Position numbers and translations under genes: made by a program
The notes under the pieces: generated by a model
Database searches by the model: none
What the model saw: only the letters and a program-made list of their open reading frames with translations
What the model was told of the DNA's origin: nothing
Shown here: one piece after another, positions 17,654 through 26,647 of the stretch
How positions within the stretch are numbered: position 1 is the stretch's first letter
Layout: every line of letters begins with the position of its first letter
IMG/VR virus record: IMGVR_UViG_3300029720_000017
DNA: 54,276 nucleotides
Reading direction: 5' to 3' (one strand)
Origin: a virus

Positions 17654-19063
17654 TTAATTCTCACCCAACAACTTTTTCCAAGTTGCCTCGCCCACAATAC
17701 CGTCTACAGACAAACCAGCGTGGGACTGGAATGCCCTCACAGACGACTCCGTACCAGAACCAAACTCACCGTCAGCGCCATACCCGCCGCAGTTGTAGCC
17801 ATAACCCAGAAGCAGCGTCTGCAGGACAGCCACTTTACCGGCCTTGGCACCATTTTGGAGCTCAGGGAAACCGATAGTGACACAGTCCTTCTGCACCGGC
17901 TCAGGAGTGGGCTCAGGCTCAGGAACATAGGTCAGACCACAGAACTCACACAGAGCCTTGCAATCTGCCACCGCACATTCCTTCATGTGGAGATGGAACC
18001 ACTCTGCATCATCCACATTGTCATGGAATACGTGCTCCTGGTAGACTGCCCATGCCTTGGTATCCTCCAGCTCATGCAGGTCACCACGAACCGTAGTCTT
18101 GCAACCGTAGGGATAGAACTCCTTACGATACTTGACCATCAGCTCTGCCAGCTTCTTCCCGTTGGGACTGTCCGGATGGTACATGGAGGTGAAACCCTTG
18201 GCTTTGCCGCGACCAGTCGGTCCAGTGGTGCTTCCGTTGGTGTGGGATACATAGTGGATTTTCGCACCCCACTGATTGGACTCCTTGATGGCGCGGTACA
18301 TATACACCTCGCCGTCCTCATTGGACATAGGCGTCCGGCGCGGACCTCTCTTGGTGTCAAAGCCACAGCGCTCCAGCATGGGCTGCAAAATGTCCATGAA
18401 CTCGTTATTCTCCAACGTTTCATAGCACTGTTTACCATCAGGTCGAGCATAGCAGCACTCGTTCGCACGGTGATACGCAGGGCTGAGGTAAATCTTGGGC
18501 TTCTTTACCGGAGGCGTGGTATCGTCCTCAGTGTTCGTGTAGTCAGGGTATCCGAAGGTATACGTGGACTTGGTCGTGTACTCTTTCTCATACACGCCAC
18601 CGCCATTGGGAATGACACCGGCATCGGGATTGGTGTTACCCTCAATGGAACGGAACCTCTTTCCATTCACCCAAGAGACAATACCGGTATGGTCCTCACC
18701 GAAGAACACCTGAGCACCAACCTGAGGAGTGCTGCCGAGTCTACCAATAGCCTTGAAGAACCCCTTGGAGTACTTGCAGCCAGCACCAGTAGAGTCAGAG
18801 GGCTGATTCAACAGCCGCTTGGCTTCGTCTACTCCAAATGCCTGTACAAAGCACCAGTCTACAAAACAGTCACACCATGCATACCCCTGTTTCGGACCGT
18901 TGTAGAAGTGAGGGATGGCATCAAGGTCTCTGGCATACTTGGTGAAGTTCCTGTAACCAGCGTTGGCCGTCTTGCTATCAAGATACTTCGCCTCATCGGT
19001 GACTTTCTCCAGATAACCCAACTCGGCCTGAGCTATCTGGAGAACCTTTGCCGCGCTGCTCAT
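17654..19063 (-). CDS. three-domain endolysin: CHAP-like, MurNAc-L-Ala amidase-like and PG_binding_1
   Basis: The N-terminus GYAWCDCFVDW...HTGIV is CHAP-like. There is a central amidase-like region. The C-terminus GADGEFGSGTESSVRAFQSHAGLSVDGIVGEATWKKL is a peptidoglycan-binding repeat. The start overlaps the holin stop (ATGA). Confidence 0.8.
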   Translation of the reverse strand: MSSAAKVLQIAQAELGYLEKVTDEAKYLDSKTANAGYRNFTKYARDLDAIPHFYNGPKQGYAWCDCFVDWCFVQAFGVDEAKRLLNQPSDSTGAGCKYSKGFFKAIGRLGSTPQVGAQVFFGEDHTGIVSWVNGKRFRSIEGNTNPDAGVIPNGGGVYEKEYTTKSTYTFGYPDYTNTEDDTTPPVKKPKIYLSPAYHRANECCYARPDGKQCYETLENNEFMDILQPMLERCGFDTKRGPRRTPMSNEDGEVYMYRAIKESNQWGAKIHYVSHTNGSTTGPTGRGKAKGFTSMYHPDSPNGKKLAELMVKYRKEFYPYGCKTTVRGDLHELEDTKAWAVYQEHVFHDNVDDAEWFHLHMKECAVADCKALCEFCGLTYVPEPEPTPEPVQKDCVTIGFPELQNGAKAGKVAVLQTLLLGYGYNCGGYGADGEFGSGTESSVRAFQSHAGLSVDGIVGEATWKKLLGEN

Positions 19064-19275
19064 GCAGCCTCCTTAAGACCCTTGTTGTAGCTTGCGGAAC
19101 TGAACCCCAACACCGCGCCGAGGAACACCGTGATGCAGGAAATGGTGCTCACAATCTGCTCGGCATACGGCCAGCCCCAAACCCCGGCCAGACCGGAGTA
19201 CAGGGCGGAGATGGCGGGCAGGACGATAATCACCACCCACTTCAGGACGTCGTACATTTTGTTGCTCAACTTCAT
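19060..19275 (-). CDS. holin, Dp-1-like family
   Basis: From the second ATG (19275, 7 nt after AGGAG) the product starts MKLSNKMYDVLKWVVIIVLPAISALY, which resembles the pneumophage Dp-1 holin. Two TM segments. Confidence 0.7.
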   Translation of the reverse strand: MKLSNKMYDVLKWVVIIVLPAISALYSGLAGVWGWPYAEQIVSTISCITVFLGAVLGFSSASYNKGLKEAA

Positions 19276-19319
19276 GTTCATTCTCCTTTCATTATGTTAC
19301 AGCTTTCGCCAAGAGAGAC

Positions 19320-20879
19320 TTATTCATTGACAGGAGGCTCCTCTTCTTCCTCTTCCTCAGGATTGTTCTCACCGGTGCCCTGAGGGGGCTCAGTATTCAG
19401 CTCCATAAAGGCATCCTCCAAAATCTGGCGCTCAAGGGCAATCTGCCGCAGCTCCTCATCGGCCTCTTCGTCTGTAAGGTTGCGCCATTTCTTCATGTAG
19501 GCTTTCTTGGACATCGTCTGGGCATTGACCTCAGCCAAATCCACCTGTTTCTCCTCGGACTCATCCTCGGGGAGGGGGTACTGATTGTCAACGCGGACGG
19601 TATAGTCCACATCAGGTAACTGCTCTTCAATGTACTTGGCACCGGCTTCAGGATACAGACGAGCACCCTCAATAATGCACCGAACCATCAGCTCCAGAGC
19701 AGGACGCCACACCAGCATCTTGTCTTCGCAGCGGACAATCAGGTCCCAGTAGATGGCCTTGAGAGTCTTACCGGAAGATACAACACCCTTCAGAGCCTCA
19801 GGGCTGACATTGGGGACGGCACACTGTTCGTGAGTCATGCTCTTGATACGGTCAAGGGTCGTACCCAGAGCCGCGCTGTAACTCATCGGGGAATCCAGAA
19901 CGCCTACCTGTGCTGCACGGTCTGTGGCCTGATTCTGGTCGGATGCGATATCCCAGAAAGCACCCGCAGAAATACTCAAGCTCTTGGTACTCTCAGGGGA
20001 GGCATCCACCGTGTACCGGATAGGATTCATGCCCTTGCGCTCTGCATCCATATCAGCAGCGGCCAACTTACTGTACCATGCCTCATACTCGCTGAGCAGC
20101 TCAACCTCGGACATACCAATCAGGTCACCAGTCAGACCGTCGTTGACGATGACACAAGCAGGAATGAACTCGAACAGAGTGGCAGTCGGCTCAGACAGAG
20201 TCTCAATGAGTTCGCCCATGCCATTGTAGATTTCCTCAGAGTACCAGCACACACCATTCTCCAGCCAGTACTTCTTCTTGTAGATACGCTGGTCTTGCTT
20301 GGACTTCTCGTCGTTGATGCCGTAGAAAGCCACGATTTTGGTGAGCTTGTTGTAATCTTGAGGGTCAACGTCATACACGAACTCAAGGCTCGGAAGGAAG
20401 CTGACCTGCATACCCTCCTCTGTGTTGACATTGAACATCAGAGCTACCCGCTTACCGATGAAGCAGTCTTTTGCAGCCTGAACCAGCGCAGAACGGAAGT
20501 TGTTTTCCTTCAGCACACTATCCACCAGCTCCTGATAGATGGTGGCTGCTTCCTTGGCTTTTTCTCTCTGCTCTTTGGTATCACCCAAATCCACATCCAC
20601 AAACAGGTCAGGGGACTTGGAGAACAGAAAACGCGCTTCCTTGTCTATCAAGGCTCTTGTGATTTTGTACCGCAGGTCTGCCGGAGTGTAGTCCTTTGTA
20701 CTCTCAACAGGGTACTGGACACCTTTCTCGTAGGTATCATACAGCTGTATGATTTTATACATATCCCGCAGAACGGCGGAACCATACATGCCCTCCAACT
20801 CGGCCTTGATAAGCGAGGAGGGGACATTCAACAGGCGGGACACCTCTATGGAGACATCCCTGTTTACGCTTGCTGCCAT
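19320..20879 (-). CDS. portal protein, SPP1 gp6-like
   Basis: 519 aa immediately after terL with overlapping start/stop and an acidic C-terminal tail. Confidence 0.8.
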   Translation of the reverse strand: MAASVNRDVSIEVSRLLNVPSSLIKAELEGMYGSAVLRDMYKIIQLYDTYEKGVQYPVESTKDYTPADLRYKITRALIDKEARFLFSKSPDLFVDVDLGDTKEQREKAKEAATIYQELVDSVLKENNFRSALVQAAKDCFIGKRVALMFNVNTEEGMQVSFLPSLEFVYDVDPQDYNKLTKIVAFYGINDEKSKQDQRIYKKKYWLENGVCWYSEEIYNGMGELIETLSEPTATLFEFIPACVIVNDGLTGDLIGMSEVELLSEYEAWYSKLAAADMDAERKGMNPIRYTVDASPESTKSLSISAGAFWDIASDQNQATDRAAQVGVLDSPMSYSAALGTTLDRIKSMTHEQCAVPNVSPEALKGVVSSGKTLKAIYWDLIVRCEDKMLVWRPALELMVRCIIEGARLYPEAGAKYIEEQLPDVDYTVRVDNQYPLPEDESEEKQVDLAEVNAQTMSKKAYMKKWRNLTDEEADEELRQIALERQILEDAFMELNTEPPQGTGENNPEEEEEEEPPVNE

Positions 20880-22192
20880 TATGATTCTCCTTTCCGACTA
20901 TTTCTGGGCAGATACTTGATATCTGCGACCTCATACACGTCCAAAGCATACCAGATAGCCGAGAAGGTATGAGGGTCTATGTTAAACTCGTCATAAACGA
21001 GATTGCCTTGGTTGTCCTTGGCATAGGTCAGAGTACGAAGTTCTCGTATCGTGTTGGGACAGTTGGGACTGCAGATGATACGCCGGAAGCGCTTGACCTT
21101 CCTTGTATTCGCCAGTCTTGAGCCCGCCCATTTGTGGCACCCACGCATCCTGAAACCGGATTGACGATAAAAAGCGATGGCTTTGGGGTCTTCACAGTCG
21201 GCGATAATTTGTACCTTGTCCAGTCCATCCTTTTTGAGCTCCTTTTCCGTCTTGTCGTCTGTCATCTTGTTCTTGTAGTACTCATAATAGATGTACAGAA
21301 CCTTGGCTGCATCGTCCACAGCACACTTGATTACAGCATTGTAAGACTCTTCAAATCCAAAGTCCATACCACAGAACCGGAATTTCTCAGGGATACCCTT
21401 CACCGCTGCAATCACCTCAGCATGGCTCTTGGCAACCTCAAACTGAGGCAGTACCTGTCTACCGTTCAGACCGAAGCGACCAAGACGAGCCACCCTATAC
21501 AGGTCAGGGTCATACTCCCTCATCTCATTCAGAGTGTCAATGTAGGACTGAGGGAGGAACAGGTTGTCATCGGCGACGCTATGGTGATAATAGACCCCGT
21601 TCTTGACGATGGTACGCCGCTTGTACAGCAGCTCGTCGTCTAAGACAACATGTTCCCGCCCCTCTTCGTCTACGCGCTTGAAGAAGTGAGTGTAGACCCA
21701 GTTTTCCGTACCGACGGGATTTGTGCTCAGGATGAAGTGCAGAGGCAAGGTGGGGTGACGCAAACGACCGAGGAGTTCTTTGTAACCGTCGTACTTGATT
21801 TCAGAGCACTCCTCAAGCCATACAATCGTCACACCGTTGATGGACTTCAGCTTGGAGGGCTTATCCATTCCCTTGAAGATGATTTTGCTACCGTTGGGGA
21901 ACCGTATACCGAGCGGAGAGGTCGTGCAGCGCACTTTCTTGGCACTCTGACCAACCAAATCCAGCTCATCAAGGATTTCCACCAGCAGGTCGTAGCAGGA
22001 CTCTCTCAGGGTATCATACACCTCACGCACAACCAGCACCTTGCGCTTCTCCATAAGGCACTTGAAAATGATTTTACAGGCGATGTGATAAGACTTGGAC
22101 GAGCCATACCCTCCTACAAGGAGGTACTTACTGTAATCCCAGTCCCAGATGAAATTTTCAAACCGAGGATTGACCTCCTTGTAGAGTTCCAT
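20879..22192 (-). CDS. terL: terminase large subunit, PBSX family
   Basis: Walker A-like [17 protein letters not shown] (Walker B-like), and length and order typical of PBSX-type TerL. Confidence 0.85.
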   Translation of the reverse strand: MELYKEVNPRFENFIWDWDYSKYLLVGGYGSSKSYHIACKIIFKCLMEKRKVLVVREVYDTLRESCYDLLVEILDELDLVGQSAKKVRCTTSPLGIRFPNGSKIIFKGMDKPSKLKSINGVTIVWLEECSEIKYDGYKELLGRLRHPTLPLHFILSTNPVGTENWVYTHFFKRVDEEGREHVVLDDELLYKRRTIVKNGVYYHHSVADDNLFLPQSYIDTLNEMREYDPDLYRVARLGRFGLNGRQVLPQFEVAKSHAEVIAAVKGIPEKFRFCGMDFGFEESYNAVIKCAVDDAAKVLYIYYEYYKNKMTDDKTEKELKKDGLDKVQIIADCEDPKAIAFYRQSGFRMRGCHKWAGSRLANTRKVKRFRRIICSPNCPNTIRELRTLTYAKDNQGNLVYDEFNIDPHTFSAIWYALDVYEVADIKYLPRNSRKGES

Positions 22193-22202
22193 GGCTTACC
22201 CC

Positions 22203-22598
22203 TTACTTCTTTTTCTTGGCCTTTGTGATGGTGGTCTTAGTCTTGTACATATCCGAAACTGAGCCAAACTTTTTGGGTCCCGTCATATAAGTTTCCTGGA
22301 CTATGTAGGTATTTCCCTTGTTACCCTGCTTGATATAGGTATACGTCTTGGAGCCATCAGCATTCACAACCGTTTTACCGGTATCAATGGTGCTGCCTAT
22401 GCTCTTGTAGATACGCTCATTGGTGCCCTGAACCGTGTATCTGGTATCGGATTCTTTGACTGTTACGGACTCGCCCTTGGTGTAAGTTCCACTGAGAGTC
22501 TGTACAGTGTTACCTCCGGAGGCTCCTCCTCCACCACCCTTGCCGCCGCCACCACCACGGCCTCCAAAGAATTGCAGATTGATTTTCAGCATGGTCAT
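22203..22598 (-). CDS. hypothetical protein with a ribosomal-protein-L27-like N-terminus
   Basis: M(TM)LKINLQFFGGRGGGGGKGGGGG, then a beta-rich body and a KKKK tail. It sits between DUF4417 and terL. Confidence 0.6.
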   Translation of the reverse strand: MTMLKINLQFFGGRGGGGGKGGGGGASGGNTVQTLSGTYTKGESVTVKESDTRYTVQGTNERIYKSIGSTIDTGKTVVNADGSKTYTYIKQGNKGNTYIVQETYMTGPKKFGSVSDMYKTKTTITKAKKKK

Positions 22599-22624
22599 CG
22601 TCCTCCTTATTATATAAGTGTGTT

Positions 22625-23299
22625 TTACAGGCCAGCCCGATACTTGTCGATTCTGACCTTCATTTCGCTTTCCTGATGCACATAAGGGATACCTCCAACC
22701 CGCTGACGGATGTCATCGTCAATGACACCATACAGAATCAGCTGACTGGGCTTGAGTCGCTTGAGCATCTCGCTGAATCCCCGATTGAACAGCATCCTCG
22801 CATTGGAATTTTGCATGCAGCCTACCGTGGATACACAGATACAGGAACCCTCAGGCATACCATCGAAGCAGTATTCAAAAGACTCTTCGTCGCTCCACTG
22901 AGCAGAGGGTACAACCCGAATGCCCAGAGAATTCATGTAAGAAGCCAACCACATATTTCTGTAGTAGTTCCAGATACGCATGGCACGAGGCATTGTCGTG
23001 TACTGGCTGAGGTCAGGCTGGATAATACCCTTGTACTGACCGAGGATGCCAGCATAGAAGTCCGGATTGTCCCAAACCCTCTCAATATACTGGTCAGGCA
23101 GGTAGAAATGAACCAGCTCGTCCTCTCTATCTACCATGTTTTCGGGCTTGGTACAGTAGTTAAACCCGATGAGGTGCTGCTTGTCCAGCTTCTTGAACTT
23201 CACCCCCGGAATTTTAGGTACATCATACCGTCCAACCAACTCCGGAGAGAATTTCTTTGTCTTCATAAAGTGTAGGAAGTCCTTTTCGCCAATAACCAT
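22625..23299 (-). CDS. DUF4417 domain protein
   Basis: LVHFY..D...ERVW..PD...PDLSQYTTMP...IWNYYRNMWLASY...GIRVVPSAQWSDEESFEYCFDGMP matches my recollection of DUF4417. Confidence 0.65.
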   Translation of the reverse strand: MVIGEKDFLHFMKTKKFSPELVGRYDVPKIPGVKFKKLDKQHLIGFNYCTKPENMVDREDELVHFYLPDQYIERVWDNPDFYAGILGQYKGIIQPDLSQYTTMPRAMRIWNYYRNMWLASYMNSLGIRVVPSAQWSDEESFEYCFDGMPEGSCICVSTVGCMQNSNARMLFNRGFSEMLKRLKPSQLILYGVIDDDIRQRVGGIPYVHQESEMKVRIDKYRAGL

Positions 23300-24006
23300 C
23301 AGTTGTCATCTCCTTTCGCTTTTGCTCGGACTACGTTGATTGTAATGGAGTCATCTCCATCGCCCTCTTCAAGCAGCTTTTTCTTCATGTTGAACTCATC
23401 CAGACGCAGCTTCATCTCTCGGCTCATCTTGTCAATCTCAGCTCTCTCCCTGGAAGTTACCCACTTGGCACCATAGGCACAATCAAGGACATGCCTTGCA
23501 CCGCCTTGACCGTCTCTATCATACAGGCGGCTTTCAACATACTCCTCAATACGCTGTCTTGCGGTATTCAATACACGCGCAAAAGTACTCATATCATCTG
23601 TGTCACAGCGCATTTCATCCAGAATGTTGTCTATAGCGCCACCTCTATATTCCATCATCGTTGTAGTTGAGAGTCCAAGGGCTCTTGCAAATCCTGAGAC
23701 CGTGTATGGACGGACTTGTACCCTGACAGGGCGACCATCCTCACCCATTACAATCTCACCATTCTTGTTAAATGTGTAACCCATGCAAGACTCAAAATAA
23801 GCCTCACACTTGGCTTGCAAATCTTCAACCGACAGAAACAGAGCTCTTCTACCGGGATTGTCAGTCATGCCTCTTTTCAAGGGCAACCGAATCCCTCTGA
23901 AGTCCAGTACCACATGTCTGGCGTCCAGCCAGCGTGACCGTATGACCGGATGTGCCGGGGCGTCGATAATCACTTTATGAATCCGTTCCTTCGCACGAGT
24001 GGCCAT
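23299..24006 (-). CDS. terS: terminase small subunit
   Basis: ATG at 24006 lies 8 nt after AGGAGG. RPYTVSGFARALGLSTTTMMEY and ARQRIEEYVESRLY are terS-like HTH/core motifs. First gene of the late block. Confidence 0.7.
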   Translation of the reverse strand: MATRAKERIHKVIIDAPAHPVIRSRWLDARHVVLDFRGIRLPLKRGMTDNPGRRALFLSVEDLQAKCEAYFESCMGYTFNKNGEIVMGEDGRPVRVQVRPYTVSGFARALGLSTTTMMEYRGGAIDNILDEMRCDTDDMSTFARVLNTARQRIEEYVESRLYDRDGQGGARHVLDCAYGAKWVTSRERAEIDKMSREMKLRLDEFNMKKKLLEEGDGDDSITINVVRAKAKGDDN

Positions 24007-24038
24007 CACGTTCACCTCCTTTCCAATTTCGACGAATA

Positions 24039-24051
24039 ATACTAAAAGTAT
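24039..24051. promoter_or_regulatory. palindromic site ATACTAAAAGTAT in the terS leader
   Basis: Exact 5+3+5 palindrome about 40 nt downstream of the terS promoter -10. Confidence 0.6.
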
Positions 24052-24084
24052 TCATCGTACTGCTCAATCGTTTTCCACAGTCCA

Positions 24085-24113
24085 ATTATACTACTTCTCG
24101 TGAAAAAAGTAAA
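24085..24113 (-). promoter_or_regulatory. late-block promoter upstream of terS (TTTACT-N17-TATAAT on the minus strand)
   Basis: agtaaa at 24108-24113 and attata at 24085-24090 on the plus strand, with a 17-nt spacer. Confidence 0.7.
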
Positions 24114-24172
24114 CCATTTTATTTTATAAGTTATGCTCCTCAATAAAAGTTTCTCTGCGAGAAATAAAAATA

Positions 24173-24185
24173 ATACTAAAAGTAT
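24173..24185. promoter_or_regulatory. palindromic site ATACTAAAAGTAT upstream of the terS promoter
   Basis: Exact copy, with its centre 134 bp from the site at 24039-24051. Confidence 0.6.
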
Positions 24186-24219
24186 AATTCTTGAGCCCTC
24201 ATGATGCGATTTTCGGGTC

Positions 24220-24647
24220 AAAAATAGTCGGAAATTGTAGAGTTCCGACTATTTTTATTTCAAAAATAGGCGGAAAATTATGAGCCTCAAGATACAAGGA
24301 TTTATTGAGAATTACTCCGCCAGGAAAAGCAAAAACGGTCGGATTCGTCCCAAGCATGTCCACATTTTCCATTGAGGCATCCTCCGCCTATTTTTACACC
24401 CCCTTACTTCATTATGCGAGAAAAATAAATTATAAATAATAAGAAGAGTATAATAAGTACATATAATTTATATAAATAAATCCGGGAAAAATCGGGCGAC
24501 CGACTGCTCAATGTGATTCCACACTTTCTGCGCCTATTTTTGCGAATTTCTGATTACTCCGTCGAGTAATTCTCAATAACGTGTAATAATATATTTCCGT
24601 TTCTCCGACCGTTTTCCGACTATTTTTCTCATAATTCCGACCGTTTT
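24220..24647. repeat. array of 11-12-bp CCG(A/C)C(T/C/G)(A/G)TTTT motifs in both orientations, with nested inverted repeats
   Basis: aaaaatagtcgg at 24220; ccgactattttt at 24245 and 24616; aaaaataggcgg at 24262; aaaaacggtcgg at 24331; ccgcctattttt at 24384; gcgcctattttt at 24530; ccgaccgtttt at 24605 and 24637. Inverted repeat tattgagaattactc at 24303 and its reverse complement at 24564. Confidence 0.8.
24418..24484. other. extreme AT-rich tract (possible DNA unwinding element)
   Basis: aaaaataaattataaataataagaagagtataataagtacatataatttatataaataaa. Confidence 0.5.
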
Positions 24648-24767
24648 CCATTTCCCCACCGAGTAATCCTCAAGTCCTCAAGCCCGCTCCCGCTACACTT
24701 TCTCCACCTTATCCACACCTTTCCGAAAATTTTCTCAAAAATTTTCCAAAAATTTTGCAAAAAGGGC

Positions 24768-24796
24768 TTTACTTTTGCATCCGGAGGAGTTATAAT
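24768..24796 (+). promoter_or_regulatory. early promoter P1 (TTTACT-N17-TATAAT) with an upstream A/T-tract UP-like element
   Basis: TTTACT at 24768-24773 and TATAAT at 24791-24796. aaaatttt-type tracts at 24726-24762. Confidence 0.75.
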
Positions 24797-24961
24797 TGTG
24801 TCACAAAGTTGAGCTGAGGATAAAACAGAATGCTCCCTGAGCAATATCCTCCCTCTTTCGGGCAGGTGCGCTAAACAGCTGCGAAAGGCAACCTCAGCTC
24901 AACTTCACCCCACACCACTTCACACCACTTCTAAACAGTTCGAATCTGAAAGGAGACCACT

Positions 24962-25171
24962 ATGCTGAACTCTATCAAAGACCTCTGGAATGTTATTGAG
25001 AATGACCCCACTTACGACGGCTGTGCCGTAGACCTGCCGAGTGGAAAGTGCATCGGCACCACCTCTGGTGGCTGGCAGCCTGTTCTGTACTCCAGTCCCG
25101 AGGACGACCATCCCACTCACATCACTTGGGAACAGGCTCTCAAGCTGTACAACGAAGAGTTCAATGCCTAA
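24962..25171 (+). CDS. hypothetical early protein
   Basis: RBS context tctgaaaggagaccactATG. First gene after the promoter at 24768. Confidence 0.6.
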   Translation: MLNSIKDLWNVIENDPTYDGCAVDLPSGKCIGTTSGGWQPVLYSSPEDDHPTHITWEQALKLYNEEFNA

Positions 25172-25184
25172 TAGGAGGACAGCC

Positions 25185-25502
25185 ATGAACACCAACATCC
25201 GTTACCTCATCAAAGTCACCGCCACAGCGCGTCCCAACAATCCTGACTTCGCTGGGGAAGTACATACTGCCTACTATGGCAAAGACCAGAAGCTCATCGC
25301 CGGGACTTACACTTACATGAGCTCCACTCCAATGAAAGGAGATGTCCTTTCCTATGGCTACAGAGTAACTCCTTCTAAGCATGCTCTGGACTTCTGGAAC
25401 GTTACAATGAACACCCCCATCGGGGACAACCCCATCTTTTGGGACTACAAGGCCGAGGTCGTCAAGTACGACCTCGCCTCCCAGAGCCTCATCACACTGT
25501 AA
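25185..25502 (+). CDS. hypothetical early protein (105 aa)
   Basis: ATG 6 nt after AGGAGG. This is the internal start of ORF 25041-25502. Confidence 0.6.
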   Translation: MNTNIRYLIKVTATARPNNPDFAGEVHTAYYGKDQKLIAGTYTYMSSTPMKGDVLSYGYRVTPSKHALDFWNVTMNTPIGDNPIFWDYKAEVVKYDLASQSLITL

Positions 25503-25540
25503 CCACTCCACCCCGCCCAAATCTGAAAGGAGACCACACT

Positions 25541-25963
25541 ATGTCTACCACCGCCCGCCATACCATCGCCAACAACGTTGACCTGCACATGAGAGTCCTC
25601 AAGCGCAGATACGAGGACATCGTCGCTTATGGCAAAGACGCCACCAATGACCTCCGCGTTGCGTACAACATCTACAACCAGACTATGAACATGTACCGTC
25701 TATTCCGTAAGGTTCCTGCATACGACAATGACCCCGGAGCTGCCGCACTCAGTTGTGCTGTGAACGAGGCCGTGAAGAAGAACCTGCAAGAGATTGAGGA
25801 CATCCTGTTCCGCTTCTATGGTATCAACTACTACTCCGCACTGGGGCATTTTGGCTGGTATCACACCGTTAATGAATCTCTCATTCCCAGAGACCAGCAG
25901 CCGGAGCTCATTCGTAACTTCCCTTGTTCCATCTGCTTCCCTACCAAGGAGGACAATGACTAA
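25541..25963 (+). CDS. hypothetical early protein (140 aa)
   Basis: RBS context tctgaaaggagaccacactATG. Confidence 0.6.
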   Translation: MSTTARHTIANNVDLHMRVLKRRYEDIVAYGKDATNDLRVAYNIYNQTMNMYRLFRKVPAYDNDPGAAALSCAVNEAVKKNLQEIEDILFRFYGINYYSALGHFGWYHTVNESLIPRDQQPELIRNFPCSICFPTKEDND

Positions 25964-26085
25964 TGGACACCATCACCTTCATCCTTACATACGCCGGAGC
26001 TGCTGCCATAGCGTACCTCATCACACGTCTCATCACTGCGATAGACCACCCCACCACCCACAACCGAAAGGAGCGTACAAGATGA
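25963..26085 (+). CDS. small single-TM protein (40 aa)
   Basis: My own reading gives MDTITFILTYAGAAAIAYLITRLITAIDHPTTHNRKERTR. Start and stop overlap the neighbouring genes (TAATG and ATGA). Confidence 0.45.
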   Translation: MDTITFILTYAGAAAIAYLITRLITAIDHPTTHNRKERTR

Positions 26086-26327
26086 CCACCAGACTTCCCG
26101 ACCTAACTTACCCGAGTTACAAGGCGCGATACAGACACCCCATCACTGGAAATACTCTGCCCTGCTCCCTCGCTTACAACCCTGCTCTTAAGCGCCTGAC
26201 CATTCACCCGCTGGGCTCCAACCTCAGCCCGATACACTATGCTGACATCTCTCCCGAGGACTATGATGCCATCGTTACAGAGTTGAAGTCCTTCGGCAAT
26301 GATGCGACCATTCTCATGTTCGGGTGA
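26082..26327 (+). CDS. hypothetical early protein (81 aa)
   Basis: AAAGGAG RBS and ATGA coupling. Confidence 0.55.
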   Translation: MTTRLPDLTYPSYKARYRHPITGNTLPCSLAYNPALKRLTIHPLGSNLSPIHYADISPEDYDAIVTELKSFGNDATILMFG

Positions 26328-26587
26328 TGCCTATGGATGACTTCAAGTTCGCTCTCAAACCGGGGCAGCCTAAACCACCCTGTCCATACCCCTGCCCTCA
26401 GCGCACAACCACCTGTCACTCCACCTGTTCCAAGTGGCTCACATACGAGCACGACCTTCATGAGTTCCGTAAGACACAGAAGAATCCCTCGGACACTATA
26501 TACACCGGGAGTTACACCCGTGCGGGAATCACCCGGAATCGGGCACTTTCCAAGGAAATTTCGCGTGGGAAGCTCCGCCGGGGATAA
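26327..26587 (+). CDS. Cys-rich hypothetical protein
   Basis: TGATG overlap with the upstream gene. Contains CPYPCPQRTTTCHSTC. The start (26324, 26327 or 26333) is uncertain. Confidence 0.5.
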   Translation: MPMDDFKFALKPGQPKPPCPYPCPQRTTTCHSTCSKWLTYEHDLHEFRKTQKNPSDTIYTGSYTRAGITRNRALSKEISRGKLRRG

Positions 26588-26647
26588 CTACGTACCTCAC
26601 CCCTCGCGTACCGTCTCGAGGATTATAAGATGAAAGGAGACCACCGC

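Noticed and set aside
24279-24374. Possible 31-codon plus-strand ORF (MSLKIQGFIENYSARKSKNGRIRPKHVHIFH) inside the repeat region.
   Set aside because: It has only a weak purine patch upstream and spans several of the repeat motifs. I cannot support it without conservation or ribosome-profiling data.
24629-24844. 71-aa minus-strand ORF in the large intergenic region.
   Set aside because: It overlaps promoter P1 and its A/T tracts, has no RBS, and its composition is dictated by the aaaatttt repeats.
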